Shown: positions 39,221 through 49,395 of the stretch, piece by piece | How positions within the stretch are numbered: the stretch's first letter is position 1 | How the letters are laid out: every line of letters starts with the position of its first letter | Notes under the pieces: model-generated | What the model was told of the DNA's origin: nothing | Seen by the model: the letters and a program-made list of their open reading frames with translations, nothing else | Databases searched by the model: none | From: a bacterium | GTDB lineage: Bacteria; Pseudomonadota; Gammaproteobacteria; Burkholderiales; Thiobacillaceae | DNA length: 64,000 bases | Assembly (NCBI GenBank): GCA_009772925.1 | Contig: WOUQ01000004.1 | Location: 18,592 to 82,591 of the forward strand | Direction: 5' to 3' | Position numbers and translations under genes: made by a program

Positions 39221-39305
39221 GGTAATCTAGAAATATTCGACTTTATTTGATCTTTCAACTGGCGTAGCCTGCGCCACGTTTTCAGCCCCGTTCAAGGAGC
39301 TTGTC

Positions 39306-40184
39306 ATGAAACGCATCTTTCTGTTCCTGGCCACCAACATGGCCATCGTCCTGGTGCTCTCGGTCACCATGCGCATCCTGGGCGTGGAGCCCTATCTCAA
39401 CGCCCAGGGTCTCAACCTGCAGGCCCTGCTGATTTTTGCCGCGGTCATGGGCTTCGGCGGTGCCTTCATCTCCCTCGCCATCTCCAAGTGGACGGCGAAG
39501 AAGGCCACCGGCGCCCAGGTCATCACCGATCCGCGCACCCAGGAGGAACTCTGGCTGGTGCAGACCGTGGCGCGCCAGGCGCAGGCCGCCGGCATCAAGA
39601 TGCCCGAGGTGGCGATCTTCGATTCGCCTGAGGTGAACGCCTTCGCCACCGGCATGACCAAGAACAGTTCCCTGGTGGCGGTATCCACCGGCCTGCTGCG
39701 CAACATGACGCGGGAAGAGGCGGAAGCCGTGCTCGGCCACGAGGTGGCCCACGCCGCCAACGGCGACATGGTCACCATGGCCTTGATCCAGGGCGTGGTG
39801 AACACTTTCGTCATGTTCCTGTCGCGGGTCATCGGCCATACCGTCGACCGGGTCGTGTTCAAGAACGAGAACGGCCATGGCCCGGCGTTCTTCGTCACCA
39901 TGATCGTCGCCGAGTTGATCCTTGGCCTGCTGGCCTCGATTATCGTCATGTGGTTCTCGCGCCAACGCGAGTTCCGCGCCGACCAGGGCGGTGCCAGCCT
40001 TGCCGGCCGGCAGGCCATGATCAATGCCTTGAAGCGCCTGCAGGCGGTGCACGATCCGCAGCCGCTGCCGGATAAAATGGCCGCCTTCGGCATCAGCGGC
40101 GGCGGTGGTGGTAGCCTGAAGCGCCTGTTCATGACCCACCCTCCCCTGGAAGAGCGCATTGCCGCGCTGGAACGGGGCGGCTGA
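39306..40184 (+). CDS. htpX: Membrane protease HtpX (M48)
   Basis: 292 aa. HEVAH zinc motif and typical HtpX TM layout. Confidence 0.95.
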   Translation: MKRIFLFLATNMAIVLVLSVTMRILGVEPYLNAQGLNLQALLIFAAVMGFGGAFISLAISKWTAKKATGAQVITDPRTQEELWLVQTVARQAQAAGIKMPEVAIFDSPEVNAFATGMTKNSSLVAVSTGLLRNMTREEAEAVLGHEVAHAANGDMVTMALIQGVVNTFVMFLSRVIGHTVDRVVFKNENGHGPAFFVTMIVAELILGLLASIIVMWFSRQREFRADQGGASLAGRQAMINALKRLQAVHDPQPLPDKMAAFGISGGGGGSLKRLFMTHPPLEERIAALERGG

Positions 40185-40212
40185 GGAAGACATCGGCGAG
40201 CCGTGACGATGA

Positions 40213-40240
40213 CCGGGGGGCTTCCCCCGGTTTTTCTTTT
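40213..40240 (+). terminator. Rho-independent terminator after htpX
   Basis: CCGGGGG-gctt-CCCCCGG hairpin followed by TTTTTCTTTT. Confidence 0.8.
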
Positions 40241-40266
40241 AACCCGATAGCAACAAGGAACGTTTC

Positions 40267-41226
40267 ATGGATCTCTCCAGCGCGGTCAGCCCGCTGTTCT
40301 GGGTCGGCTTCATCGCCTTCGTGCTGGCCATGCTGGCCATCGACCTGTTCGTCCTGGGCGGCAGGAAGGCCCACCGGGTTTCGGCGCGGGAGGCCCTGGC
40401 CTGGACCGGCGTCTGGGTGACCCTGTCGCTGAGCTTCTGCGCCCTGCTCTGGTGGTGGCTGGACGGCACGGCGGGTCGGGAAGTGGCGAACGCCAAGGCG
40501 CTGGAGTTCCTGACCGGCTATCTCATCGAGTTGTCCCTGTCGGTGGACAACATCTTCGTCTTCATCATGATCTTTACCTTCTTCGCCGTGCCGGCGGAGT
40601 ACCAGCGCCGCGTCCTCATCTACGGCGTGCTGGGCGCCATCGTCATGCGCGCCAGCATGATCCTGGCAGGGGCCTGGCTGGTGCAGCAGTTCCACTGGAT
40701 CCTCTACCTGTTCGGCGCCTTCCTGGTGATCACCGGCATCAAGATGCTGATCTTCGCGGAGGCCGAATCCAACCTCGCCGACAACCCGGTGCTGAAATGG
40801 ATGCGCGGCCACCTGCGCATCACCCAGGAATACCACGGCGAGAAATTCACCGTCATGAAGGATGGCGTGCGCTGGTTCACGCCGCTGTTCCTGGTGCTGG
40901 TCCTGATCGAGACCTCGGATCTGGTCTTCGCCGTCGACAGCATTCCCGCCATCTTCGCGGTGACTACGGACCCGTTCATCGTCTTCACCTCCAATATCTT
41001 CGCCATCATGGGCCTGCGCTCCATGTACTTCCTGCTCGCCGACCTGAACGACCGCTTCCACCTGCTCAAGTACGGCCTCGCCATGGTGCTGGTTTTCGTC
41101 GGCAGCAAGATGCTGATCGTTGACTTCTACAAGATTCCCATCGGCTTGGCGCTGGGCATCGTCGCCCTCATACTTACCTCTTCCGTGGTGGCCAGCCTGG
41201 CCGCCACGCGCAAACGGCACGCCTAG
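40267..41226 (+). CDS. TerC-family integral membrane protein (Alx-like)
   Basis: 319 aa, multi-TM, with TerC motifs (ELSLSVDNIFVF, DLVFAVDSIPA). Confidence 0.9.
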   Translation: MDLSSAVSPLFWVGFIAFVLAMLAIDLFVLGGRKAHRVSAREALAWTGVWVTLSLSFCALLWWWLDGTAGREVANAKALEFLTGYLIELSLSVDNIFVFIMIFTFFAVPAEYQRRVLIYGVLGAIVMRASMILAGAWLVQQFHWILYLFGAFLVITGIKMLIFAEAESNLADNPVLKWMRGHLRITQEYHGEKFTVMKDGVRWFTPLFLVLVLIETSDLVFAVDSIPAIFAVTTDPFIVFTSNIFAIMGLRSMYFLLADLNDRFHLLKYGLAMVLVFVGSKMLIVDFYKIPIGLALGIVALILTSSVVASLAATRKRHA

Positions 41227-41237
41227 GAGCAACTCGC

Positions 41238-41756
41238 ATGAAGCATGTGGAAACCCGCCTGGAAAGCTTCCTGTTCGCCAGCCGCTGGCTGCTGGTGCCT
41301 TTCTACGTCGGCCTGATCCTGGCTCTGGCGCTGTTGCTGGTGAAATTCGTCAAGGAGTTCATCTATTTCGTGCCGATGGTGTTCACTGCCGAGGGCGGTG
41401 ACATCATCATCGGCGTGCTCACCCTGGTGGACGTGGTGATGGTGGCCAACCTGCTGATCATCATCGTCTTCGCCGGCTACGAGAACTTCGTCTCCCGATT
41501 CGACGCCGCGGAGCACGAGGACTGGCCGGGCTGGATGGGACACGTCGGCTTCGCCGAGCTGAAGATGAAACTCATCGGTTCCATCGTCGCGATTTCCGGT
41601 ATCGAACTGCTCAAGGCCTTCATGCACGTGGAGTCCCTCACCAACGAGCAACTCGCCTGGAAGGTGGGCATCCACATGACCTTCGTCATCTCCGGCGTGT
41701 TGTTCGCGCTGATGGACCGCATCTCCGCCGGCAAGAAGGGCCACGCCGAGGCATGA
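41238..41756 (+). CDS. yqhA: UPF0114 membrane protein (YqhA family)
   Basis: 172 aa, FLFASRWLLVPFYVGLI..., typical YqhA. Confidence 0.85.
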   Translation: MKHVETRLESFLFASRWLLVPFYVGLILALALLLVKFVKEFIYFVPMVFTAEGGDIIIGVLTLVDVVMVANLLIIIVFAGYENFVSRFDAAEHEDWPGWMGHVGFAELKMKLIGSIVAISGIELLKAFMHVESLTNEQLAWKVGIHMTFVISGVLFALMDRISAGKKGHAEA

Positions 41757-41826
41757 AGGGGCGGGCCGTGACAGCCGCCGGACGAAGGTTCAAACTTGTC
41801 CTGTATCGGTCCGATGCGGTACAGAC

Positions 41827-42105
41827 ATGAGCCACAAGCACGTCAATTTCATACGCGCGATCTTTCAGGATCCCATCAGCGGCAACATTCACTGGCGGGA
41901 AGTCGAATCCCTGCTGCATCACCTGGGGGCCAGCGTCGAATCCCTGTCCGGGGCGCGCGTGCGGGTGCTGCTCAACGGCACCGAGGGCATCCTGCACCGT
42001 CCGCATCACAGCAACGTGCTGGACCGCCAGGCGGTGAAGCACCTGCGCGAGTTTCTGGCGCATGCCCGCGTCACGCCTTCGCTCTACGAGGCCGGACATC
42101 AGTGA
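41827..42105 (+). CDS. Small HicA-like (YcfA-fold) protein, family assignment tentative
   Basis: 92 aa. The pattern [15 protein letters not shown]...GARVRV.LNG...LHRPHH...VKHLREFL resembles long HicA-type toxins. The usual GSH His is replaced (GAR). Confidence 0.5.
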   Translation: MSHKHVNFIRAIFQDPISGNIHWREVESLLHHLGASVESLSGARVRVLLNGTEGILHRPHHSNVLDRQAVKHLREFLAHARVTPSLYEAGHQ

Positions 42106-42373
42106 AGCCCCGCCGGCCGGGCCGGCATGGTTCGTCTATCTGCTGCGTTGCGCGGATGGCAGCCTCTATTGCGGCATCACCACCGATCCGGAGCGGCGCC
42201 TGCGCGAGCACAACCGGGGCCGGGGTGCCCGCTATACCCGCGGGCGCCGGCCCGTGCTGCTGATTCACCTGGAATGCCTGCCTTCACGTGCCGCGGCGGC
42301 CCGCCGCGAAGTCGAACTGAAGCGGCTCCAGCGTGCCGCCAAGTTGGCCGTGGTTGCTGGCAACGTGCAATAG
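42062..42373 (+). CDS. GIY-YIG nuclease-domain protein (UPF0213/YhbQ-like)
   Basis: 103 aa. [32 protein letters not shown] and REVELK motifs. The only in-frame start (ATG 42062) overlaps the previous gene by 44 nt. Confidence 0.8.
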   Translation: MPASRLRSTRPDISEAPPAGPAWFVYLLRCADGSLYCGITTDPERRLREHNRGRGARYTRGRRPVLLIHLECLPSRAAAARREVELKRLQRAAKLAVVAGNVQ

Positions 42374-42515
42374 CCGTCGAGGGCGGCTCCGCATGGCCTA
42401 TCCGGTCCATGCTCGATTCGCCTAGATTTGGCGGTGTCCCCGGTTTCTTTACATTTGCCCGCATGGGGGGCAATATCCCGCGCGGTACCCAGTATCAAGA
42501 GGCAAAGAGGAGGCA

Positions 42516-44237
42516 ATGGTCGCGGTCACCGTGAGCGCCAATCTGACGGGTCTGTGTCGGGCGATGGTCACCCAGGGGCTGCTTTCCCCGGAGGAAGGCG
42601 AGAACCTGCAGACCCAGTCGCGCAGTTCTAACGAGAGCTTTATCGCCCATCTTCTGCGCACCCGCAGGTTCCGTGCCGATCAGATCGCGGCCTTCGCCTC
42701 GGTCAATTTCGGTATTCCCCTGTTCAACCTCGATGCCCTCGATGCGACGGTCATTCCCAAGGGCGCGGTGGATCCCAAGCTGCTCGCCAAGCATCGGGTG
42801 CTGCCCATCTCCCAACGCGGCAACCGGCTGTTCGTCGCCCTGTCGGATCCTAGCAACCTCAAGGCCCTGGACGACATCAAGTTCCAGACGAGTCTGGCCA
42901 CCGAGCCCATCGTGGTGGAGGACGACAAGCTGGGCCGCTGGCTGGAAAGCTATGGCGAGGCGACCGAGGAAAGCATCCTCAAGACCATCGATACCGAGGA
43001 CCTCAACCTCGAGTTCGGCGACGATGACACTCAATACGCTGCGGATACTGCGGCAGCCGCGGACATCGATGACGCGCCGGTGGTCAAGTACCTGCAGAAG
43101 ATGCTGCTGGACGCCATCAACAGCGGCGCCTCCGACATCCACTTCGAGCCCTACGAGAAAAGCTACCGCATCCGCTACCGCCTGGACGGTTCTCTGTACG
43201 AAGTGGCCCAGCCCCCGCTGGCGATCAAGGACAAGATTGCCTCGCGCATCAAGGTGATCTCCAAGCTGGACATCTCCGAAAAGCGCGTGCCTCAGGACGG
43301 CCGCATGAAACTCATGCTGTCCCGCAGCAAGGCCATCGATTTCCGGGTTTCCACCCTGCCCACCCTGTATGGCGAGAAGATCGTCATGCGTATCCTGGAT
43401 GCCACCTCCGCCACCGTCGGCATCGAGCATCTGGGCTATGAGCCGGATCAACTCAAGGTTCTGCTGGAGGCGGTGCAGCGGCCCTACGGCATGGTTTTGG
43501 TGACGGGCCCGACCGGCTCGGGCAAGACGGTCTCGCTCTATTCCTGCCTCAACATCCTCAACAAGCCCGGCGTGAACATTTCCACCGTCGAGGATCCGGT
43601 GGAAATCCAGCTGGCCGGCATCAACCAGGTCAACGTCAACGACAAGGCGGGCCTCGACTTCGCCTCGGCGATGAAGGCCTTCCTGCGGCAGGATCCGGAC
43701 ATCATCATGGTGGGTGAGATCCGCGACCACGAAACTGGCGACATCGCCATCAAGGCCGCGCAGACCGGCCATATGGTGCTGTCGACGCTGCATACCAACG
43801 ACGCGCCTTCCACACTGACGCGTCTGGTCAACATGGGCATTCCGTCCTACAACGTCGCCGCGTCGGTCAACCTGATCACCGCGCAGCGCCTGGCCAGGCG
43901 CTTGTGTCCAAGCTGCAAGAAGCCGGTCGATATCCCGCCCGAGGCCCTGCTCAACGCCGGCTTCAGCGAAGCCGAACTGGATGGTTCCTGGCAGGCCTAC
44001 ACGCCGGTGGGTTGCTCCGCCTGCAAGGACACGGGATACAAGGGGCGGGTCGGCGTCTACCAGGTCATGCCGGTCACTGAGGAACTCACGCGCCTGATCC
44101 TGAAGAACGCTTCGACCATGGATATCGCCGAACAGGCGCAGCGTGAGGGCGTGCTCAACCTGCGCCAGGCCGGGCTGCTCAAGGTCAAGCAGGGCCTGAC
44201 CTCGCTGGAAGAGATTCTTTCGGTTAGCAACGAATGA
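42516..44237 (+). CDS. pilB: Type IV pilus assembly ATPase PilB
   Basis: 573 aa. Walker A GPTGSGKT, Asp/His boxes and the tetracysteine CPSC...CSAC. Confidence 0.95.
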   Translation: MVAVTVSANLTGLCRAMVTQGLLSPEEGENLQTQSRSSNESFIAHLLRTRRFRADQIAAFASVNFGIPLFNLDALDATVIPKGAVDPKLLAKHRVLPISQRGNRLFVALSDPSNLKALDDIKFQTSLATEPIVVEDDKLGRWLESYGEATEESILKTIDTEDLNLEFGDDDTQYAADTAAAADIDDAPVVKYLQKMLLDAINSGASDIHFEPYEKSYRIRYRLDGSLYEVAQPPLAIKDKIASRIKVISKLDISEKRVPQDGRMKLMLSRSKAIDFRVSTLPTLYGEKIVMRILDATSATVGIEHLGYEPDQLKVLLEAVQRPYGMVLVTGPTGSGKTVSLYSCLNILNKPGVNISTVEDPVEIQLAGINQVNVNDKAGLDFASAMKAFLRQDPDIIMVGEIRDHETGDIAIKAAQTGHMVLSTLHTNDAPSTLTRLVNMGIPSYNVAASVNLITAQRLARRLCPSCKKPVDIPPEALLNAGFSEAELDGSWQAYTPVGCSACKDTGYKGRVGVYQVMPVTEELTRLILKNASTMDIAEQAQREGVLNLRQAGLLKVKQGLTSLEEILSVSNE

Positions 44238-44251
44238 AAGGATAGAGACGC

Positions 44252-45475
44252 ATGGCGCAAGCTACGAGTGCGGCGGTTGCCAAGCAGGAGCCTTTCAGCT
44301 GGGAAGGCACGGACAAGACCGGCAAGAAGGTCAAGGGCCAGATGCTGGCTCCGGGCGAGGCCTTCGTGCGCCAGATGCTGCGGCGCCAGGGCATCAACGT
44401 GGTCAAGGTCAGCAAGCCGGGCCTGTTTTCCCGCAGCCAGAAGATCACGGAAAAGGACATCGCCCTGTTCACCCGCCAACTTGCCACCATGCTGAAGGCG
44501 GGGGTGCCACTTCTGCAGGCCTTCGACATCTCCGCGCGCAGTCACGCCAACGCCGCCCTGCAGAGGCTGCTGGGGGAAATCAAGACCGACGTGGAAACCG
44601 GTTCCAGCCTCAGCACCGCCTTCCGCAAGTACCCGCAGTATTTCGACGGCCTCTACTGCAACCTGGTGCATGCCGGCGAGCAGGCCGGCATCCTGGATAC
44701 CGTGCTGGACCGCATTGCCAGCTACAAGGAAAAAATGCTGGCGATCAAGGGCAAGATCAAATCCGCCCTGTTCTATCCCGCCATCGTGCTGACGGTGGCT
44801 TTCATCATCACCGCTGGCATCATGATTTTCGTCATCCCCACCTTCAAGGATTTGTACGGCGCATCCGGCCAGGACCTGCCGGCCCTGACCATGCTGGTGA
44901 TGAGCATCTCCGACGCCTTCGTCAATTACTGGTACATCATCTTCGGCGTCATCGGCGTCACCATATTCCTGATCCTGCGCGCATGGAAACGCTCGCCCGC
45001 CCTGCGACGCAAGATGGATGCCTGGATATTGAAGGCGCCGGTGTTCGGGCCCCTCATCGAGAAGGCCACGGTGTCGCGCTGGGCGCGCACCTTCTCCTCC
45101 ATGTTCTCCGCCGGCGTGCCCATGGTGGAGGCGCTGGATTCGGTGGCGGGGGCCTCGGGCAACGCGGTATTCATGGAAGCCACCCTGAAGATCAAGAACG
45201 AGGTCTCGACCGGTTCGAGCCTGGCGGTCTGCCTGCAGTCCGCCGGGGTGTTTCCCAACATGCTCATCCAGATGGTTTCCATCGGCGAGGAGTCGGGCGC
45301 CCTGGATTCCATGCTGACCAAGGTTGCGGACTATTACGAGCGTGAGGTCGATGAGGCGGTGGCCGGCATCTCCAGCCTGATGGAGCCGTTCATCATGGTC
45401 ATCCTCGGCGTGCTGATCGGCGGCATCGTCATCGCCATGTACCTGCCGATCTTCAAGATGGGTTCCGTGGTCTAG
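44252..45475 (+). CDS. pilC: Type IV pilus platform protein PilC
   Basis: 407-aa duplicated GspF-type domain. Confidence 0.95.
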   Translation: MAQATSAAVAKQEPFSWEGTDKTGKKVKGQMLAPGEAFVRQMLRRQGINVVKVSKPGLFSRSQKITEKDIALFTRQLATMLKAGVPLLQAFDISARSHANAALQRLLGEIKTDVETGSSLSTAFRKYPQYFDGLYCNLVHAGEQAGILDTVLDRIASYKEKMLAIKGKIKSALFYPAIVLTVAFIITAGIMIFVIPTFKDLYGASGQDLPALTMLVMSISDAFVNYWYIIFGVIGVTIFLILRAWKRSPALRRKMDAWILKAPVFGPLIEKATVSRWARTFSSMFSAGVPMVEALDSVAGASGNAVFMEATLKIKNEVSTGSSLAVCLQSAGVFPNMLIQMVSIGEESGALDSMLTKVADYYEREVDEAVAGISSLMEPFIMVILGVLIGGIVIAMYLPIFKMGSVV

Positions 45476-45494
45476 TCGACCCCGCCTCGCGCAC

Positions 45495-46388
45495 GTGCTC
45501 GAGTTGCTCGCCGCCCAGCCCGGGCTGTTCATCGCCCTTGCCGCGCTGCTGGGCCTGATGGTGGGAAGTTTCCTCAACGTCGTCATCCACCGTGTGCCGC
45601 GCATGCTGGAACGGGAATGGCGCGAGCAGTGCGCCTGGCTTGCCGCGGGCGGCGACAGCACCGACAAGCCGCAACACGAGCAGCCTGGCGCGCCGGCGCA
45701 AGCGTCGGCCGCGCCCTACAATCTGTGGACGCCGCGCTCGGCCTGCCCGCATTGCCGACATGTCATCGCCTGGTACGAGAACATCCCGGTGCTGAGTTGG
45801 CTGTTTCTGCGCGGCCGCTGCGCTGCCTGCGGCGGCGCCATCTCGCCACGCTATCCCATGGTCGAGATCCTGACCGGCCTCCTGTTCGGCTATGCCGCCT
45901 GGCACTGGGGTCCGGGCGCGCAGGCGGTGGCCGCCTGCTGCCTGCTGGGTGCCCTGATCGCCCTGGGTTTCATCGATCTGGACACCCGCCTGTTGCCGGA
46001 CAACATCACCCTGCCCCTGGTCTGGCTGGGTCTGCTGGTCAACCTGCACGAGGTCTTCGTACCCCTGGAACAGGCCGTGCTTGGCGCGGCGGCGGGCTAT
46101 CTGTCGCTGTGGCTGATCTACCATCTGTTCCGCTGGCTGACCGGCAAGGAAGGCATGGGCTACGGTGATTTCAAACTGCTCGCCGCCCTGGGTGCCTGGC
46201 TGGGCTGGACCATGCTGTTGCCCATCGCCCTGATGGCGAGCCTGGCCGGCGCCGTGGTGGGGGTCAGCCTGGTCCTCTTGCGCGGCCATGACCGCGCCGT
46301 GCCCATCCCTTTCGGTCCCTGGCTCGCCCTCGGCGGAGCCGTGGCCTTGTTCTGGGGCGCGCCCCTGACCGCCTTCTGGCTCGGTTGA
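45495..46388 (+). CDS. pilD: Prepilin peptidase / N-methyltransferase PilD
   Basis: 297 aa with a GTG start. CPHC...CAAC zinc motif and GYGDFKL catalytic Asp box. Confidence 0.93.
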   Translation: MLELLAAQPGLFIALAALLGLMVGSFLNVVIHRVPRMLEREWREQCAWLAAGGDSTDKPQHEQPGAPAQASAAPYNLWTPRSACPHCRHVIAWYENIPVLSWLFLRGRCAACGGAISPRYPMVEILTGLLFGYAAWHWGPGAQAVAACCLLGALIALGFIDLDTRLLPDNITLPLVWLGLLVNLHEVFVPLEQAVLGAAAGYLSLWLIYHLFRWLTGKEGMGYGDFKLLAALGAWLGWTMLLPIALMASLAGAVVGVSLVLLRGHDRAVPIPFGPWLALGGAVALFWGAPLTAFWLG

Positions 46389-47032
46389 TGGCGCCGTCGC
46401 TGCGCGTCGGCCTGACCGGTGGCATCGGTTCGGGCAAGAGCACGGTCGCCGACATGCTCGCCGAACTCGGCGCCGAGGTGGTGGACACCGACGTCATCGC
46501 CCACGCCCTGACCTCCGCCCATGGCGAGGCTATCGCCCCCATCCGCGCCGCTTTCGGCGACGCCATGCTGGACCGGGAGGATGCCCTGGATCGCGCCGCC
46601 ATGCGTCGCCTGGTGTTCGCCGACGAGCAGGCGCGGCGGCGACTGGAGGTCATCCTGCATCCCCTGATCCTGAGGCAATCCCTACAGCGCATGCATGCTT
46701 CGCGAAGCGCCTACGTGGTGGTGGTGGTGCCTCTGCTGGCGGAACACCTGCACGCCTACCGGCCACACCTCGACCGCATCGCCGTGGTGGACTGCGAGGA
46801 ATCCGAGCAGTTGCGCCGCACCGCGCTGCGGCCGGGCATGGATATCGACCAGGCGCGGGCCATCCTGGCCGCCCAGTCGAAGCGCGATGAGCGCCTGGCC
46901 ATCGCCGACGACGTCATCGAAAACCTTGGCAGCCTGTCCGCTTTGCGCGCGCGAGTTGTGCGGCTCCATGAAAGCTACCTGCGACTCGCCGCGCAGCGCG
47001 CGCAAAAAAAACTCAAGATGCCGTTGCACTGA
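46388..47032 (+). CDS. coaE: Dephospho-CoA kinase
   Basis: ATG 46388 (TGATG overlap with pilD). P-loop GLTGGIGSGKST. Confidence 0.93.
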   Translation: MAPSLRVGLTGGIGSGKSTVADMLAELGAEVVDTDVIAHALTSAHGEAIAPIRAAFGDAMLDREDALDRAAMRRLVFADEQARRRLEVILHPLILRQSLQRMHASRSAYVVVVVPLLAEHLHAYRPHLDRIAVVDCEESEQLRRTALRPGMDIDQARAILAAQSKRDERLAIADDVIENLGSLSALRARVVRLHESYLRLAAQRAQKKLKMPLH

Positions 47033-47109
47033 GGCTGTGCATTCTGCAAAATCGCCGGCCATTCAAGCCGTTGCGCTGACTTGCTCATGTATCTCGTCGG
47101 AACCGTCCG

Positions 47110-47859
47110 GTGACCATCTACGAATTCCCCCTGCACGAGCGCATCCGTACCTGGCTGCGGCTCGAGGATTTGTTCGAGAAGGCCCGGTTCTTCATCCAGC
47201 AGACTGACGCGCGTTCGCATCACGCCGCCCTGCTGGGGATTTTCGAGATCGTCGATGTCACCGCGCGTTCCGAGTTGAAGAGCGAGCTGATCCAGGAACT
47301 GGAACGCCAGAAATCCAGCCTCGAGGTCCTACGCAGCAACCCGGCGGTGGATTCGGTCAGGCTGGGCAAGGTACTGCAGGGCATCGGCGCCGCCCTCGGG
47401 GAGGTCCATGCGATGACCGGCAAGATCGGCCAGCATGTGCGCGACAACGAATGGTTGCTGGGTATCAAGGGCCGTGCCGGAATTCCCGGCGGGACCTGCA
47501 GTTTCGATCTGCCCGTCTACCATTTCTGGCTGCATCAGGATCCCGCCAAGCGCGGCGCCGATCTGTCCGAATGGATCGCTCCCCTGATGCCGCTCAAATC
47601 CGCGGTGGATGTGGTGCTGCGCATCCTGCGCGACAGCGGTCACGTCAGCCGGCATACCGCCACCCAGGGATTGTTTCAGTTGATGCTCGGGGGCAGAACG
47701 GCGCATCTGTTGCGCGTGGCGCTGGAAGCGCCCTGCGCGCCCGAGGTCAGCGCCAACAAATACGCCCTGAACATCCGCTTCCTGTCGCCCGACACCGTGC
47801 AGAAACCACGCTTGTGCGACCGCGATGTCGATTTCGATCTGACCTTCTGCAACCTATAA
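47110..47859 (+). CDS. zapD: Cell division protein ZapD
   Basis: 249 aa with a GTG start. YEFPLHERIRTWLRLEDLF N-terminus. Conserved position after coaE. Confidence 0.88.
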   Translation: MTIYEFPLHERIRTWLRLEDLFEKARFFIQQTDARSHHAALLGIFEIVDVTARSELKSELIQELERQKSSLEVLRSNPAVDSVRLGKVLQGIGAALGEVHAMTGKIGQHVRDNEWLLGIKGRAGIPGGTCSFDLPVYHFWLHQDPAKRGADLSEWIAPLMPLKSAVDVVLRILRDSGHVSRHTATQGLFQLMLGGRTAHLLRVALEAPCAPEVSANKYALNIRFLSPDTVQKPRLCDRDVDFDLTFCNL

Positions 47860-47910
47860 GCAATCAGGCGGAAAGCGGCCGCGGACCGGCCTTGCGGCCG
47901 GCTCAGGCGC

Positions 47911-49194
47911 TCAGTTGAGCGAGGCCAGATTGGTCGTGCGCAGCAATTCCAGTCGATGCAGCATGGGCCCGGAGGCCGCCGCGAACTGCGCCTTGGCGCG
48001 CGCATCGAGCGGATAGGAGGTGGGCAGTTTGAGGGCCAGCGGGTTCTTCTGCACGCCGGCGACACGGAACTCATAGTGCAGGTGCGGGCCGGTGGCCAGG
48101 CCGGTGGCGCCTACATAGCCGATCACCTGTCCCTGGCTGACGCGGCTGCCCCGCTTGATGCCCTTGCCGAAGCGCGAGAGATGCCCGTAGGCGGTGCTGT
48201 AGACGCCCTGATGCTTGAGGATGACCAGGTTGCCGTAGCCGCCCTGGCGGCCCGAAAAATCCACCACCGCGTCGGCCACCGCGCGCACCGGCGTGCCGGT
48301 GGGGGCGGCATAGTCGATGCCCTTGTGCGAGCGCCATTCCTTGAGAACCGGGTGATAGCGGGAATTGGAGAAGCCGGAGGAGATGCGCGTGAAGGGCATG
48401 GGCGACTTCAGGAAGGCGCGCTTCATGTTCTGCCCATCCGGAGTGTAGTAGCCGTCGCGCCCCTGGGCGTCGCGGAAATACAGGGCCTGATGGGATTTAC
48501 CCTGGTTGATGAACTCGGCGGACAGCAGACGGCCGGTGCGGATCAATTGCCCTTCGAAATAGTAGGCCTCGTAGATCACCGAGAAATGATCGCCACGCCG
48601 CAGATCCTTGTGGAAATCGATATCGCCGGAAAACGCCTCGGCCATTTCCGAGGCGACGCGGTCTGGCACGTCGGCGGCGTCGGTCGCCCCGAACAGCGAG
48701 CCCTGGATTTTTCCGGAACGCATCAGCATGCGGGGTTCCAGGGTGACATCCTGCTCTTGCAGGCGGAATTCCCCGCTCGCGCGGCTGACCGTGACCAGTT
48801 TGTCTTCGGCCGCCAGATAGCGGAAGGTCATCAACTGGCCACCCGCGGTGACGCGCGCCAGCACGCTGCGGCCGGGCGCGAGATGGGCGAGGGCGCGGCT
48901 TTGCCGGGCGGCCGTCAGAAAATCGCGCGCATCGCCAGCGGCGACGCCCATGCGCGACAGAATGCCGGCCAGGCTGTCGCCCCGCCCGATGCGTTCCTCA
49001 CGCCAGAAATCGAAGGCGCCGCTGTCCGTCGGCTGCGCCTCGGGCAGGGCCACATCCTCCACCAGGGTGGTGCGCGGAATGCTGTCGGTGGCGCTATCTG
49101 GCGCGATGCCGAAAGCGGCGACCACGCCGAGAAAAGGGAGGGTGGCCAGGGCCAGCAACAGGCGTTTACGGATGGAACGAGGCGCGGTGCTCAC
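47911..49194 (-). CDS. M23-family peptidoglycan DD-metalloendopeptidase (MepM-like)
   Basis: 427 aa with an N-terminal anchor, an OapA-like segment (GDSLAGILSRMGV) and M23 motifs HKGIDYAAP and GPHLHYE. Confidence 0.9.
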   Translation of the reverse strand: MSTAPRSIRKRLLLALATLPFLGVVAAFGIAPDSATDSIPRTTLVEDVALPEAQPTDSGAFDFWREERIGRGDSLAGILSRMGVAAGDARDFLTAARQSRALAHLAPGRSVLARVTAGGQLMTFRYLAAEDKLVTVSRASGEFRLQEQDVTLEPRMLMRSGKIQGSLFGATDAADVPDRVASEMAEAFSGDIDFHKDLRRGDHFSVIYEAYYFEGQLIRTGRLLSAEFINQGKSHQALYFRDAQGRDGYYTPDGQNMKRAFLKSPMPFTRISSGFSNSRYHPVLKEWRSHKGIDYAAPTGTPVRAVADAVVDFSGRQGGYGNLVILKHQGVYSTAYGHLSRFGKGIKRGSRVSQGQVIGYVGATGLATGPHLHYEFRVAGVQKNPLALKLPTSYPLDARAKAQFAAASGPMLHRLELLRTTNLASLN

Positions 49195-49395
49195 GATGGT
49201 TTGAACTCCCCAGAGAAACCGGTCAGAAAAACGGACGAAGCGTAGCAGGAATACCTATCGGCACAAAGGCTTGAATACTTTAGGAACATGTGTTGAAAGA
49301 GAGCTCGGGTCAAGCGGCGCGGCGGGGCTCAAGATGTGCCGCGCGACGCCGTTATCTCCACTCACCTGCCCGTCCCCCCACCGCGTACCCGTCCC

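Noticed and set aside
40185-40266. Possible yybP-ykoY (Mn2+) riboswitch upstream of the TerC/Alx-like gene.
   Set aside because: The spacer is only 82 nt and about a third of it is taken up by the htpX terminator hairpin. There is no room for the four-way junction and no conserved riboswitch segments were seen.
42448-42476. Sigma-70-like promoter TTTACA-N17-CAATAT upstream of pilB.
   Set aside because: The -35 match is good but the -10 matches only 3/6. Without transcript data it is indistinguishable from chance, so it is not reported as a feature.
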